NCBI GenBank assembly: GCA_030264375.1
Contig: JASCQW010000027.1
Span: forward strand, 45,049,034-45,113,033
DNA from: Carcharhinus longimanus
Taxonomy: Eukaryota
Length of the DNA: 64,000 nucleotides
Reading direction: 5' to 3'
This document shows, piece after piece, positions 25,201 to 39,045 of the stretch; the stretch's first letter is position 1, and each line of letters begins with the position of its first letter. Below the pieces are notes generated by a model that saw only the letters and a list, made by a program, of their open reading frames with translations, ran no database searches and was not told where the DNA came from. The position numbers were made by a program, and so were the translations under genes.

Positions 25201-25229
25201 GATAGTAACAATTGAGAAACATCACTGTG

Positions 25230-25885
25230 AGGGAGAACAAATAATGTAGAAAGTTAGCATGCAGGTACAGCAAACAGTTAGGAAGGAAAATGGCCTTCTG
25301 ATATTTATTATAAGGGGGCTGGAGTGCAAGAATAATAGTACAGGACTTTGATAAGATCACATCTAGAGTACCATGTGCCATTTTGGTCTCTGTTTCTACT
25401 GAAGGATATAGTTTCTTTGGAGGTAGTGCAAAGATGGCCCTTTAGCTTGGTTCTTCTGATGGGAGGGTTGTCCAGTGATGAGAGGCTAAGTAGATTGGGC
25501 CTTATTCTCTGGAGCTCAGAGAATTAAAGATGATCTCATGAAACATACAGGATGTGAAGAGACTTGACAGAATAAACACAGAGAGGTTGCTTCTCCTGAC
25601 TGGGGTTTTATAATGTGAACAACCTCAGAATACAAAGCTCATCATTTAGCACTGCGCTGAGAATTTATTTAATTTCTGAGAGTTGTGAATCTTTGGAATT
25701 CTTTATCCCAGATGACGTAGATGCTCCACTGTTGAGTATAATTAAGATTGGAACAGGTAGATTTTTGATCAACGAATCAACACGTATGGGCAGGAAATGG
25801 AGTTGAGGCAGAAAACCATCCATGATTGTATTTAGTGGTGGAACATGCTGAAGGGGCTGTGTATGGTCGACTGTTTATGTTCTTA
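25230..25885 (+). mobile_element. Degraded CR1 LINE 3' fragment
   Basis: cacatctagagtacc...ttttggtctc, gttgtgaatctttggaattc, tail ttatgttctta. Confidence 0.65.
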
Positions 25886-27599
25886 TAAAACTCAAATTTC
25901 TAAAATATTTTCCATAAACATTAATCCTATTTTGATTGTACAGGTATGTAATATTTCGTACTTACATATATTTCTTCTGTCCTGGGGATATCTTAAGTAC
26001 TTTTTAGCCAATAGACTGCAGGAATTGTTGCTTTAAAACTATGTTGTAGAATGAAACTATTCTACCCAAAAAGGGGAGACTAAATATATATTTGTAATGG
26101 AGTTTTGTGAAGACATTGTGAGCTTAATGAAGATACTGTGATTTTTCGTCAAGGAAAACATGTTTGCAAAAGATTTGTATTTAATCTTGCATGCAAGAGT
26201 ACATGAGTAAATAATGCCATATATCTTGTAATTTCTAAAAAAAAAATGAAATGCGAATCAATAATTTGATAACGTTAAGACTGTGTACAATTCATAACAT
26301 GAACTTTCACCAATTTAGTGTATTCCCAGTTGTGTAGTTGCTTCCTGCTCCCCAGAAGAAAATTCATTAGAACTCCAGTGCATTTCATCCTCAATCTTCA
26401 AGTTTCAATCATAAGAATGGTGTTGATTTGTGTTTTTTTTTATTGCTGCATGAATGAAATCACTGAATACAATCTCTAAGCTATCACTAAAATACCAGTA
26501 CTTACAATAGAAATGGTATTTGATTTATTCAGCCAGTGTAAAACTATGCCCTCATGATAATGCTGAATAACAAAGAGGTGGAAAACAACTAACTGATAGA
26601 CAACATGCACAATCTACCTCATTGGAACGACACACCCACCTGCATATTTCATCACTTCTACATAATTAAATGGAGCTAAATTGCAAAGTGTCTTTTTCTG
26701 ATTTTTAACCCTGGCCTGGAACTTTTTGTGGACAACCATTGGGAGAATTGAATTCTGTTTTTAATATAAATTTTAGATTCCAGAATTATATTCTATAATT
26801 GTCCCATTTCTCTGAAAAAAAATACATTAGTGGTTTGTCCAAGATGAAGAACTGGAGACAATTTCCTCACTCAAAAATTTGCAATCCTCTTCTCAGCCAG
26901 TTAGTGAAGGTTTGATTAGTTTTGCCTGGAATATTTCAAAAAAAGTTCTTAGTTCTTCCTTGTGATTTCTTCATTTCAAATGTGCATATGCAAGATCTGA
27001 ATTTAAAAGTGAAAGGAGCCTTTTTAAATCTACATAATCAGTTGTCCCTCAAGTAAACTGGAGATCCAAATGTTCTTTCTCCCTCCTGTCTTTCAGTAAT
27101 GGCATTCTAATTTAGAGCCAATATATAGCAAACACCTTGTCTCACTTTTCTGAATCCCCTCCAATACATAGACGATTATGCAGGTTGGGTATCTAACATT
27201 GAATGTTATATTTCAAATGTTACTTTNNNNNNNNNNNNNNNNNNNNNNNNNNNNNNNNNNNNNNNNNNNNNNNNNNNNNNNNNNNNNNNNNNNNNNNNNN
27301 NNNNNNNNNNNNNNNNNNNNNNNNNNACTTTGTCAGTTACTCAAAATGACAACTTATTTTGTATCTACTTCAAATTCCCATAATGCATCCTAGTATTTCA
27401 TCAGTTTGAAGAAAGTGTTTATTGTGTTGAAGTTTTGAGTTCAAATCATACTATAGAAAATTGGAAACATCATTTTTGATAATATGGAAGAAACAGTTGT
27501 TGAGCCTTTTAAGTAGGGACCGTTCTGCCATCTTAGGATCTGCCAGCCAATCTGCCCCCATTGCGTTTTGCTGCAGAAAAGCTTTGCTGAGGAACAATA

Positions 27600-27840
27600 T
27601 CTAGGAGAAGTCTGAGATCACATACCAATCAACTCAAGAAAAGCTTCTTCCCTGCTATCATCAGACTTTTGAATGAACTTATCATATATTAAACTGATCT
27701 TCTCTACACCCTATCTGTAATGCAACACACTGTTCTGCACCCTCCTTTCCTTCTCTCTTATGTGTTCGTTGAATGGCATGTTTTCTCTATATACCACAAG
27801 AAATAATATTTTTCACTACATGTGACAATAAATGAAATCA
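27600..27840 (+). mobile_element. Non-LTR retrotransposon 3' end (Rex1/Babar-like)
   Basis: ctcaagaaaagcttcttccctgctatcatcagac...tgtgacaataaat; the same sequence is found split at 28750-29630. Confidence 0.55.
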
Positions 27841-28106
27841 GTGTCATGCTGTGCACAATCCAATTGTGGGTGATTGCACTGATCTTTTGAATTTGGCTGA
27901 AACTTGGCTTTCAAGTAGTTACACCTCACCATCTATTGTAGCCTCCTTGCCAAACCCAACTTTACCCACAGTATTGCCAAACCACTATAGCATGTTGCTG
28001 TATAAGTTGACCTTTGAAGCCTCAAAATCCCTTCAAAAGCAAGGGTCAATTTACGTGCCAAGTATGAAAATGAATTGCTGGCATGGGTGATGGCTATTTT
28101 GATATG

Positions 28107-28352
28107 TCATAAGAACATAAGAAATAGGAGCAGGAGTAGGCCATCTAGCCCTTCGAGCCTGCCCCGCCATTCAATAAGANNNNNNNNNNNNNNNNNNNNN
28201 NNNNNNNNNNNNNNNNNNNNNNNNNNNNNNNNNNNNNNNNNNNNNNNNNNNNNNNNNNNNNNNNNNNNNNNNNNNNNNNGTCTCAATGAGATCTCCCCTC
28301 ATTCTTCTAAACTCTAACGAGTACAAGCCTAGTTTATTCAGCCTCTCCTCAT
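28107..28352 (-). mobile_element. CR1 LINE 3' end containing an N gap
   Basis: Inverted tail cataagaacataagaaataggagcaggagtaggcc. Confidence 0.75.
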
Positions 28353-28749
28353 AGCCGTCGACATCTAATGCAAAGAGTGGACTTGTATTAAGCTCTTGTG
28401 CAACTTCATAGCACAGCCCTTATGCTCTCCTTGATCCCTTGAGCTCAGTTATAAGGTACAGGTCAGTAAAACTTACATTTATGAGGTGAAAACTTGAGGC
28501 AGGCTATCAACATGAATATAGTATGTTGTGGTTGAAAAAGGGTGATCGACTTATATGCCAAGTATGTGTGAAAACATGACTTTTGTGGATGGAAAAATGG
28601 GGGCCATTTTATTCAGAATAAACAGTACATCTCATTTTCTTTTCCCTGTCACTTTCCCTTCCTTCACGCACTTCATTCTTTTCCATTCTTCTGATGTCCT
28701 TTTAAAATCCTAATTCAGCCTCCTATCCATTGACTTTGTCTATACTTCC

Positions 28750-29630
28750 CGCTGCCTCGGCAAAGCAGCCAGCCTATTTAACGACCCCATGCACCCTGGA
28801 CATTCTCTTTTCCACCTTCATTTGGGCAAAAAGACACAAACGTTTGAGGTCATGTACCAACCGACTCAAGAACGGCTTACGTAACATAAGAAGTAGGAGC
28901 AGGAGTAGGCCGTCTAGCCCTTCGGGCCTGCCCCGCCATTCGATAAGATCATGGCTGATCTGAAGTGAATCAGTTCCTCTTTCCCACTTTCTCCCCATAA
29001 CCCTTAATTCCCTTGTCTATCAGAAATCTATCTACCTATGACTTAAACATATTCAACGAGGTAGCCTCCACTACTTCAATGGGCAGAGAATTCCAGAGAT
29101 TCACCACCCTTTGAGTGACGAAGTTCCTCCTCAACNNNNNNNNNNNNNNNNNNNNNNNNNNNNNNNNNNNNNNNNNNNNNNNNNNNNNNNNNNNNNNNNN
29201 NNNNNNNNNNNNNNNNNNNNNNNNNNNNNNNNNNNCGGCCTCACCAGTGCCCTGTACAGTTGCAGCAAGACCTCCCTGCTTTTATATTCTACCCCCCTCG
29301 CTATAAAGGCCAACTCCCATTCGCCGCCTTGATCACCTGCTGCACCTACAGACTGGGTTTTTGCGATTCGTGCACAAGGGCCCTCAGGTCCCTCTGCATT
29401 GTAGCATGCTGCAGCTTTTCACCCTTTAAATAATCCCTGCTGTTGTCAGACTTTTGAATGGAGTTACCTTGCATCAAGTTGACCTTTCTCTAGACTCTAG
29501 CTGTGATTGTAACACTACGTTTTGCACTCTGTCGTTTCCTTCTCTATGATAGGTATGTTTTGTCTGTATAGTGTGCAAGAAACAATACTTTTCACTATGT
29601 TAATACATGTGACAATAAATCAAATCAAAT
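28750..29630 (+). mobile_element. Rex1/Babar-like 3' fragment with a nested antisense CR1 (about 28880-29433)
   Basis: Host sequence ctcaagaacggctt|ccctgctgttgtcagac is split by a CR1 encoding AFIARGVEYKSREVLLQLYRALVRP on the minus strand. Confidence 0.65.
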
Positions 29631-31643
29631 CCCCCACCTAGCAACCACGTTTCTTCCTGAGATATTTTATCTCAGCTTCTGCTGAGCTCATAATTCCAGT
29701 CTCCGTCTCTGCTCCCTTTATCCTTTTTAAAAAGCACTGTCGCCCCTCAAACTTTCATATAAATGCTTGCCCATATTTGACTTTGCTATAGCTTGTCTAC
29801 TCCAGTGGTTTCAATCATTGAGACTTCTTCCAGTCATCATCTTGTATCAGTTGCCATCTACTTTCCCACCCTGATTTGCTTACAGTTACACTTAGAAATT
29901 TCTAATTGTTTCAGAAGTATCTGGGGGATAGCTGGATTAGTCCTCCACCATCAGATTTGGCTGGATTATATCAAGCTTTACTTGATCCCTGCTAAAGTCA
30001 ATATGTCCAGATCATCCTGGTGGAAAAAGAGCAACCAGCATTTTTTCTACTATTGAGTCACTTCCTTAAGCCCCCTTCCCACTGCTGACTCTTGACAATT
30101 AATGTAAGAAGCTCATGGATTTCTCTTTTAGCCACATTCATTCATTTGCTTCCTTGCACAAAACTGAAAAACTCTGTCACTTGTTTTTCTTGCATCTCCC
30201 CTCTTGCCTCTGAAGTTCTTATCAGAATTGATGAAGGAGCATATACTTGAAATGCCTACTCTGTTTCTCCCTCCACAGATGCTGCTTGACCTCAGTGTTT
30301 GCAGTATTTTCTGTAAATTCAATCTATCAGATTTCCTGTTTCAATCATTTAAGTTTACACTTTTCCCATAACATCAGTATGGGCCCGATAAAAGTCNNNN
30401 NNNNNNCATGGCATTACTTGTGGCCTAGATGCATTTCAACTCATTGTCCTTGCTCTATTTATCCTTTGGCATAATTGATTACACCATCCTCCTCATCAGC
30501 TAAACATGGGGTCAGCTCACATGCTTTTCTGTTGAAACCCAACTCTTAATTCTCCACCACTTCTCTTGACTTCTCCGTTGCTTGTCCAACGAGCTGTTTC
30601 AGACAAATCTCAGATACTAGCATCTAAATGTTGGGGCAAATAAAATAAATAAATGTGTACCCCTGCCATTAACTCCATTCTCATTCTTGACAAACACTTC
30701 TACTGAACTTCTGTTTGCAAGCTCAGTGCCTGGTTTGACACTGAGCTGAATTCTGTCCCTATCTGTTCCTGCTTCAATACAAAGACTGTCTAATTCCACC
30801 TAATAAATGTCACCCAGCCTCCTGCACCCACTTGCCCACCATCACCAGATTGCTGAAACCTTCATTGGTGCCGTCGTCAACTTGACTCTAGACCAACTTT
30901 CCATCTCCAACCTCTAACCTCAACTGCAGCAGCTCAAAGCCAATCTGCTTCAGTCATCCCCACCTCTGTTGTCACTAACCAACGTTGGCTTCCAGTTCCC
31001 TGAAAACACACATTGAAAATTCACCTTTTTAAAGTCTGCCTATGTTCTTGCAGTCCCTATCTTTGTAACCTTTCCCAATGCTACAACACCCTAATACCTC
31101 TGATCCTTTATTTTCAGCTTTTTTTGCAGCTTATTATCTCTCACCCCATCATTAGCAGCTGCAACCTCATTTTTTTTAGAATTCCTTCCCAGCGTTCTCC
31201 ATTTGTCCACTTCTCTATCTTCCTTTAAGATGACTTGAAACCCACCTCTTTGACCAAGCTTTTGATCATCACTTCAAATATCTCATCATCTGGTTTAATG
31301 TGCATTGTTTTGCCCAGTGCATCTGTGAAGATTTTTTGGATATTTTCCACATTAAAGACACCGTAAATAACAAGTTACTGTTGAAATTGATGGTCATGGT
31401 GAGTTCATAATTGTTTTATAATGGTTTGAATTTAAAATAAAACTTTGCTGCAGAACAATATTTGTTATTTTCAGTAGGTGCCCCTTGCAACCTACTGTAT
31501 CAGTTGAGAACAGAAATTACACCTAAGGTATATCAAGATGCACTGTTAGGCAGTTGTTCATTTATTGAGGCCTTCGGGGGGAAAATATTACAAACATCTT
31601 TTTATTTTGTAGCTTTTCAACATTTGAAGTTTAATAATTGATG

Positions 31644-31731
31644 ATGTGGGATCAGGGTGGTCAACCTTGGCAGCAGTGGCCTTTAAGCCAGCAACAGTGG
31701 ATGCAGTCATTTCAGCAGCAACAAGATCCGA
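31644..31731 (+). CDS. PNISR: PNISR coding exon 1 (exon starts at 31613; second in-frame ATG at 31641)
   Basis: MWDQGGQPWQQWPLSQQQWMQSFQQQQDP, nearly identical to the recalled human N-terminus. Acceptor ttttgtag, donor A|GTAAGT. Confidence 0.96.
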
Positions 31732-32894
31732 GTAAGTTTCCATTTAATTAAATTAGCCCAGTACTTTTTTACAAATTAAATATCTAAGTGTGTAGATTTT
31801 AACTGATGTTGTTGTAGCATTGCCAAGAACAAATAAATTCCAAGTAAGTATATCTCGAAGTTCTGCCAATATAATAATTTGTCACTAGGCAGTACTCTAG
31901 GATACTTTATTGAAATTCTAGTGACAACACTTAGAAAAATCTCAACCCCAACCGTTCCTTCTGAATTTGAAATATATGTTCAGCAAATGTGATAAGTACT
32001 GATTTAAACTTTTTAAAAAATCATTGTTTGTGAGCACCTTTGGCAAGACTAGCACTTAGTTCCTACCCCTAACAGACCTTGAGAAAGTAGTGTTGAACCG
32101 CCACCCTGAATACTGCTGAGTGAGTGGCTTACCAGGATGATATGGTTGTGGGCTATTGGCAATCTGCAGGCTGGTTGAGAATGCGAGTCACTGACACCCA
32201 GTGCCACAACTAAGGCCATCTAAGAGAACAGGCTAGAAACTTCATCTCCACCACTCGTACATCAGACAGACTCCCACATGTGCAGCATAAACTCAAGCAA
32301 GAGCAATGTATTTTTATCAGCAAGATTTATGTAACTGCTGATTTTGCTTGATTATTGCAGCTGTAAGCTAATTTCATGAAAGAAGTTTGTGATTTTATAA
32401 CACTTTCAAACATGTTCCCTTGTAACATTAATGTTTATAATATGAGCATGTCTATATTTTTGTCTCCGGTGTGAACTAATTTATATCTAATAAAAATGTA
32501 CAAAATTATTATATGTGGTAGTGAAAATGCAAAGAAATGTTTTCATGAGTTCCCATTTATTTTGCAATGGCAGACAAAAGCAGATGGGGTAAGATGATAG
32601 GGTGGTTCATGGGGTCTATTTCCCTGTCTAAGTGGTCCACAAATGAAAACGTTTAAGAGCAGTGTACTAGGCTGTTTCAGATGGCTGTTACGAGTCAATC
32701 GTCTGTATTGCTATGGATCGGGAGTCTCATGGAGGCCAATTAAGGTAAGGACAGCAGATCTCCTTCCTAAAGGACATTAGCGAATCAGGTTGGTTTTTAT
32801 GACGATCAGCTAGTTATGTGGCCAGTGACCATTTTTTAAATACATTTACGGGATGTGAGCATTGCTGGCTAGGGCAGCATTTGTTGCCCATCCC

Positions 32895-33355
32895 TAAAGT
32901 TTATTTGAGTGTGACCAGTAGGCTGACAACACTGCCATGATGATACTGTGAAAATCCCCTAGTTACCACACTGACACCTAATTGGGTGCACTGAGGGAGA
33001 ATTTAGTTTTGCCAATGTGCATAACCAGCGCATCTTTTGGACTGTGGGAGGAAACCGGAGCACCTGGAGGAAACCCACACAGTACAGGGAGAATATGCAA
33101 CTCTGCACAAACAATGACCCAAGCCAGGAATCGAACCCGNNNNNNNNNNNNNNNNNNNNNNNNNNNNNNNNNNNNNNNNNNNNNNNNNNNNNNNNNNNNN
33201 NNNNNNNNNNNNNNNNNNNNNNNNNNNNNNNNNNNNNNNAACCCACACAGTACAGGGAGAATATACAACTCTGCACAAACAATGACCCAAGCCAGGAATC
33301 GAACCCGGGTCCCTGGCGCTGTGAGGCTGCAGTGCTAACCATTGTGCTGTCGTGC
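32895..33355 (-). mobile_element. V-SINE/HE1-like SINE with an N gap, inserted next to a Deu-like SINE (about 32655-32895)
   Basis: ggaaaccggagcacctggaggaaaccc...ccctggcgctgtgaggctgcagtgctaacc. Confidence 0.8.
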
Positions 33356-33682
33356 CACCCTCATTGCCCTTGAGAAGAGGGCTGTTGCGTGAATTCCTTG
33401 AACCACTGAAGTCCATATGATATAGGTACAGCCGCAATGCTGTTAGGAAGGGAGTTCCAGGACTTTTTTCCCAGCTGCATTGTAGGTCTGAACTGTATAT
33501 CTGAATTATTTAGTCTAGACATCTGGGTTTTTCGTCCAATACCTTAACCGCTATATTAGTGTAACCTTGAATTCTGAAGTAACATATGAAAATGAAAAAT
33601 GGCAACAAGTTCTACATACCATTCTAGAATTACAGCTGTGACAGATGCATTGAATTGTATTTGGATTGAAAACTCTTTTCAG

Positions 33683-33868
33683 GTCAAATTGACTGGGCAG
33701 CATTGGCACAGGCATGGATTGCACAAAGAGAAGCCTCCGAGGAATCCGTAACGGCACAACAGCCAGTCATAATACCCAATGGACAGGCAGTGCATAACAT
33801 TGAAAATAATCAAGACAATCATGGAAATTTTCCAGGAGATCCTAATTTCAACAGAATATGGGAACCGG
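33683..33868 (+). CDS. PNISR: PNISR coding exon 2
   Basis: SQIDWAALAQAWIAQREASEE...NHGNFPGDPNFNRIWEP. cag acceptor, G|GTTTGT donor, phase 1-1. Confidence 0.95.
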
Positions 33869-35653
33869 GTTTGTATTTCTCACTTTCCATACAATATTTA
33901 CTTAGCGGTGATCGAATATTTAATTGCAAATAGGAGCAATTGAAGAGCTTCCTTTTTATGTAGATAATGATATATTCCGATGTTGTCAGATGATTAGCTT
34001 GGATGTAATGTACCACCGATAAGAAATTTCATGGGCTTTTGCCAGTGCATCAAATTGGATTCTGCCCCTAAAGATAAAAACATTGGGATTAGAAGCATGT
34101 TGTGCTTAAGCCATTTCTTTTCACAGATCATTCACTGTTTACCCTTTCATGGTTTTAACTTATCTATTATCGTTGGAAGATTCTGCAGATGTTTCTTTTT
34201 TTCATCCCAGAGATAGATTGTGAGAAACTCCAAAATGCATCTAACCCACCTTTTCCATTACTTATCTGAATATCTGCCATCTGTGGTATGATACTCGAAC
34301 CTCAGCAGGTTAGAAACTTGATGTGTTGTGCGGTATTCCTCATGTGAACTTAGATATTTCAAATCCGTTCCTAGACAGATGTTCATTCAGAGTTTTTTAA
34401 AAAGGTGGATTCAAGATCCAGAATGTCTATGAAAAGCATTGTGGCCATATCCAAGGGCTATAGGAAAATTGTAGCAAAACAATTTAGGTATTTCCCCTTG
34501 CAGAGAAATGGGCAAGCTGTTGTGGGTAATACATACGTTTTCTTTTAGCAAAGTTGTATTGTTTTTTGTAAATTAAATATCTTTTGAAGTTTAATTAAAT
34601 ATGAAGTTTAAGTTTAACCACCCCCACCCCATCAGATTAATATTTTCTCCCGCTACCTTAAAGCATTAGTGGTAGCACTGCAGCTGATATTCTTTCCTTT
34701 ATCCTTCTCCTTTCCCAATTTACTTGAAGACTCCTTTTCCTCTGCCATCCGTCAAGCTGCTGGGGCGTTCCCGTCATCACNNNNNNNNNNNNNNNNNNNN
34801 NNNNNNNNNNNNNNNNNNNNNNNNNNNNNNNNNNNNNNNNNNNNNNNNNNNNNNNNNNNNNNNNNNNNNNNNNNNNNNNNGGGCGTTCCCCTCATCACCC
34901 CAATTCACAACTAGTCTTCCTGCTTGCTGAAAGATAACGTAAAAGATCTGCTAGCACTCACTTCCTATGCTTCCAGGATTACAATAATTTCCTCTTGTCA
35001 CATTATTTCACCATGATTACTTGTCATCCTAAATTGTCTTATATTTACTTCTGGCCCATTCTTATTAAGTAGTTTTTAGTCCTACTGTGTTCTTAATTGC
35101 TGTAAATTTTGACCTCAGTAGTTGAGTTAAAATTTTTAAAAAGCCACCTTCAGACCATGCCCAGCCACTCTGCTGTTCCCAGCTGTGAGAAGTTTTAGGT
35201 ATGAAATATTATCATCTGTCAGTGCCTGCCTCCAGGTTTCCAACCATGAACCAAGGCCAACAAAAACCCTCCTGTTTTTATCTTTGACAATCAAAGAACC
35301 TCTCTTTGTATTCCCCAAGGCAAATGTTTAAAAGCTATATTGTTCCCAGGTCATGGCCAGAAACCCAAAGAGAAGTACATTTTTCCAGTTATAAGTTCAG
35401 CATTCTGTGGTTGGTAAAAATATGCAGTAGAGAAGAAAATGTATAATAAATCCCACCTTTAAAAAGTTTCTAAACACAATTCAGTTTTCAATTCTGAAAT
35501 TAAGGTTAGAACTAAATCTAGAAAGTGCTTGATACAAAGGGAGCAGTAAATATTAATACCTGCAAATCATAGCCACAGTTGGTCAAATTTTTTTAAGTCC
35601 ATGTTGTGAAGATTTTGAAAATTGTGCTGAATTTCAATTTCTATACTTGACAG

Positions 35654-35886
35654 ATTGGGGAATGCAACACCATAGACCACCTCCCCCACCACCAGACCAG
35701 CAGCAGTGGATACCAACCCCAGCCCCCATGGACATAGTCCCTCCGTCAGAGGACAATAGCCAGGACAGTGGTGAGTTTGCACCAGACTCTAGACGTATGT
35801 TCAATCAAGTCAATAACAACAATTTTGGAGGAGCACCAGAAAACTTTGGAATGGGATCAGTGCCGGTCAGCCAGTTTGATTATCAG
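35654..35886 (+). CDS. PNISR: PNISR coding exon 3
   Basis: DWGMQHHRPPPPPPDQQQWIPTPAPMDIVPPSEDNSQDSGEFAPD...QFDYQ. CAG|GTAAAT donor. Confidence 0.95.
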
Positions 35887-36439
35887 GTAAATTTGTTTAA
35901 TGTAGTTTCATTTTTGGTGTCTATTTTATAATCACTTACTTTGCAGCTGCCATAACGCTGCATTGTATTGGAGGGGACATTAAAATCACAGGAAGTTTAT
36001 TTTTTAATGGGTATAATTAGCTTCAGAGTTAGGCCCTTGTTCCAGAAAAAAGTCTCATCCACTACATAGTTTATTTCATTTCCATCTCACCATACACTTT
36101 GGGGTTGTTCTTTCCATTTTTTGGCAAAATTAGAAGGTGACTGGGTAGTATGTTATGCAAATATTAATTATTAAAGATAAATGTATCTCGAGTATGAATT
36201 AACATGGGATCTTAGGTGTCTGCCAGCTTAAGTTGAGTTCTTTGATCTGAATATTAATCAGAGTATAGAAACTTGGCTCTATGTGCTAATTTCATTGGTA
36301 TTTTAAAGAGCGATAAATACTCTATTTGTAGATTGCAAACCAAACCAATCAGATGGAAATCAATTTGGATGATTTTAGTTCTGGTAAATATCTGCACATG
36401 TAAAATTAATTATATGGTAAATAGTCAAAGCGTGCAGAG

Positions 36440-36810
36440 ATTTTTGATCAGGAGGAGTTTGAAACATCCATGTGAAGCGTCAAGTCCTGAGAAACAGATG
36501 ATTTGCTCCTGGAAAGGAATGCAAACCTCTATCTAGAACCAGAGGGCGCAGATTTAATATAATTAATAAAGTCAGAGGGAAAATAACATGATTTTTTAAA
36601 AATATTTTCTGAATGCACTGTCGGAAAGTATGGTGTAAACACGTAATACTGATGTCAGAGGAGAATTGGATCTGTGGTTGCAAAGGAGAAGTAAACATGT
36701 CGCGGGGGGGTGGGGTGGAGGTGCTTGGGGGAAGAGAGAAAGGAACAAATCCAACAATTCCACAAAGAGCCGACACAGTCGGCTGAATGGTCTTTGCTGT
36801 GTGATTCTAC
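36440..36810 (+). mobile_element. Degraded CR1 3' fragment
   Basis: tctagaaccagagggcgcagattta...tggagc-type tail ggctgaatggtct...gattcta. Confidence 0.55.
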
Positions 36811-36849
36811 ATATGGCAAAAATTGGTTGCTTAACACTTTTAAGATTGT

Positions 36850-37310
36850 TGACCCAATCCACCCCCCACCCTTCAAGGTGCTTCACAATGACATTATTAA
36901 ACAAAACTGAGCGACATAAGGAGCTATTAGGACTGATGAACCAAAGCATGGCCGCATGGCTAGGTTTTCAAGCATGCCTTAAAGGAGGAGAGAGAGGCAG
37001 GGAGGGGGAGGTGGAAGTAGGCAGTCTTGGTAAAAGATAATGTATGGTCAGAAGCTCACTTCAGGGTCGAACACACCACCAAGTTATTGTTAGTCTCGTT
37101 TTTCCTCAGGCCAAAGAATGGAGTCGGTAGTTAGAGAACAAAATTTGTAGTAGGGAACCAGGGCAATGGGTTTCAGTCTTCCCTATATTTGAACGAATCT
37201 TTGTTTATCTAGCAATGGTTATCAGACAAGTGGTGTGACAAGAGATGCTTGAAAGATTGAGAGAGGTGGTGGTGAGGTAGAACTGAGTGTCATTAGTGTA
37301 CAGCACATGA
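36850..37310 (-). mobile_element. Degraded L2 fragment
   Basis: ggtggtgaggtagaactgagtgtcattagtgtaca corresponds to an inverted YADDTQLY-like region; an inverted L2-like tail is present. Confidence 0.5.
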
Positions 37311-37984
37311 GGAACCTCACTTTGTTTAGCATCTTGTCATTGATCATTACTGATCGGAAACTCTATTCTGAGGCTCTTTCATCCATCATATATACTGGAG
37401 ACTTATTTTTCGCTTTATGTTGTTTCTAGAATTCATATTGGCTTTCGTGGGTCAACTTAGAAATCATCCATGTGCAGTTTTATGTCGAAATTCTGCAAAA
37501 GTCTGTTTAATCCACAGTCTTAACATACATCTATAAAAGCACAGTTTAATCATTAGGTGATTTTGTTATTTTTTAACTTTAATGGCCTCAAGTTCCACAG
37601 GTGTTCCCGTGAATACCTGCCATAACTTTAACAGGTGTCTACCAACCTTAGTCCAGCAGCAAGTATGTTAGGTCACAGCCTTGCAGCCAACTTTCTAAAT
37701 AGCCTTTTTCAAAGGCAATATTTGAACAGTGAATCAGAATTCCAATGTCCGAGCCTTTCCCAATGTTAAGACAGATGTACTGCTGAAACATTGGTGGTGG
37801 TGGGACCCATCTGGGTATTCAGGCTAGGATTGAGGTTTGGATCAAAGACTTTTTTTAATATACAGAGACTTTCTCAGTCCAGCACACTAGAGTTGAGGTA
37901 GCTGTGTAAGAAAGTTGGTATATTCAAGCAATAAGGTATAAGAATCAGTTCATGAGATAAGTATGTAATATTTTACACTTACAG

Positions 37985-38126
37985 CATGGAGCAGCTTTTG
38001 GCCCTCCTGGAGGATTTCATCCACCTTATTGGCAACCTGGGCCACCGCCTAATCGTAGAGACAGACCCTCTTATAGGGATCGTCCACGCTCACCCATATC
38101 AGTAAAACAAGAGCCTCCTGCACTCG
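37985..38126 (+). CDS. PNISR: PNISR coding exon 4
   Basis: HGAAFGPPGGFHPPYWQPGPPPNRRDRPSYRDRPRSPISVKQEPPAL. G|GTGAGT donor. Confidence 0.95.
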
Positions 38127-39045
38127 GTGAGTTGTATTTTCTGCCAGTTTGAACCATTGTGTGAAGCATTTATCTTTTTAAGTAGGAATAATAGAGCAAT
38201 TAATTCCTGTTACTGTTGAACTATATATCCAGTTTCCAAAAAAACTTCCTTCGGCAATATTTTAATTTTGTTGCAGATTTTTATTTATACATGATTGAAG
38301 GAAACTGTCTACAAAAAAAAATCAGGATCATGGGATACAAGTGCTGTCTGCTTCTTGGTCTCTCTTTGCAATATGATTATTGATGGATTCTGGGGGATTG
38401 TAGTCTAGCACTTTTATTTGCCTCATAAATGATCAAAACTTTAAGTATTATGAATCATTTTATTTAAACATTTTTGTTAATTATAAAAATATTCAAGTTA
38501 TTGGTCTATCAAGTCAGGATTGGAAGTTGGAGGTCTTGCGATTAAAAATATCCAAGAATATGTCCAACCTGTTTTATGTAAAACCTATAGCACAGAAGCA
38601 AACCGATCAAACCGGTCTTCATCTGTGTTTGTGCACTGCACCGGCCTTTTCTTCGCTAACTGCTTCTTGCTAGTCCCACATATTTCTATTTCCTACTCAT
38701 GTTAGTATGCTTGAACTAGTTAATGTCACACGGCATTCCATATTCTTGTGTAAAGAATATTCTCAATATAAAGAATTTCTCCTAATTTCATTTATTTGAC
38801 TATTGGTGCGTTATGCGTTTCAATACCCATCTCTCTGGACTCGCTCACAAGTAGAAATTGTTTGTTCACATTAACCCTTTTAAACCCCTTTCTTACTTTA
38901 AAGGCATTGATCAAACCTACTCCCGTTTTTGTTCTTTCTCAGAGAAAAGCCCCAACTTGCCTCATACCCGAGTAAACCCTCTCACTTGTGATCTACCTAT
39001 ATAATCTCCATCTAATAGCTCTCTTATATGTATTATGTATTAAAT

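Noticed and set aside
33072-33307. Apparent tandem duplication inside a SINE
   Set aside because: Almost identical sequence on both sides of a 100-N gap; probably an unmerged contig overlap. The same pattern occurs at 34763-34898.
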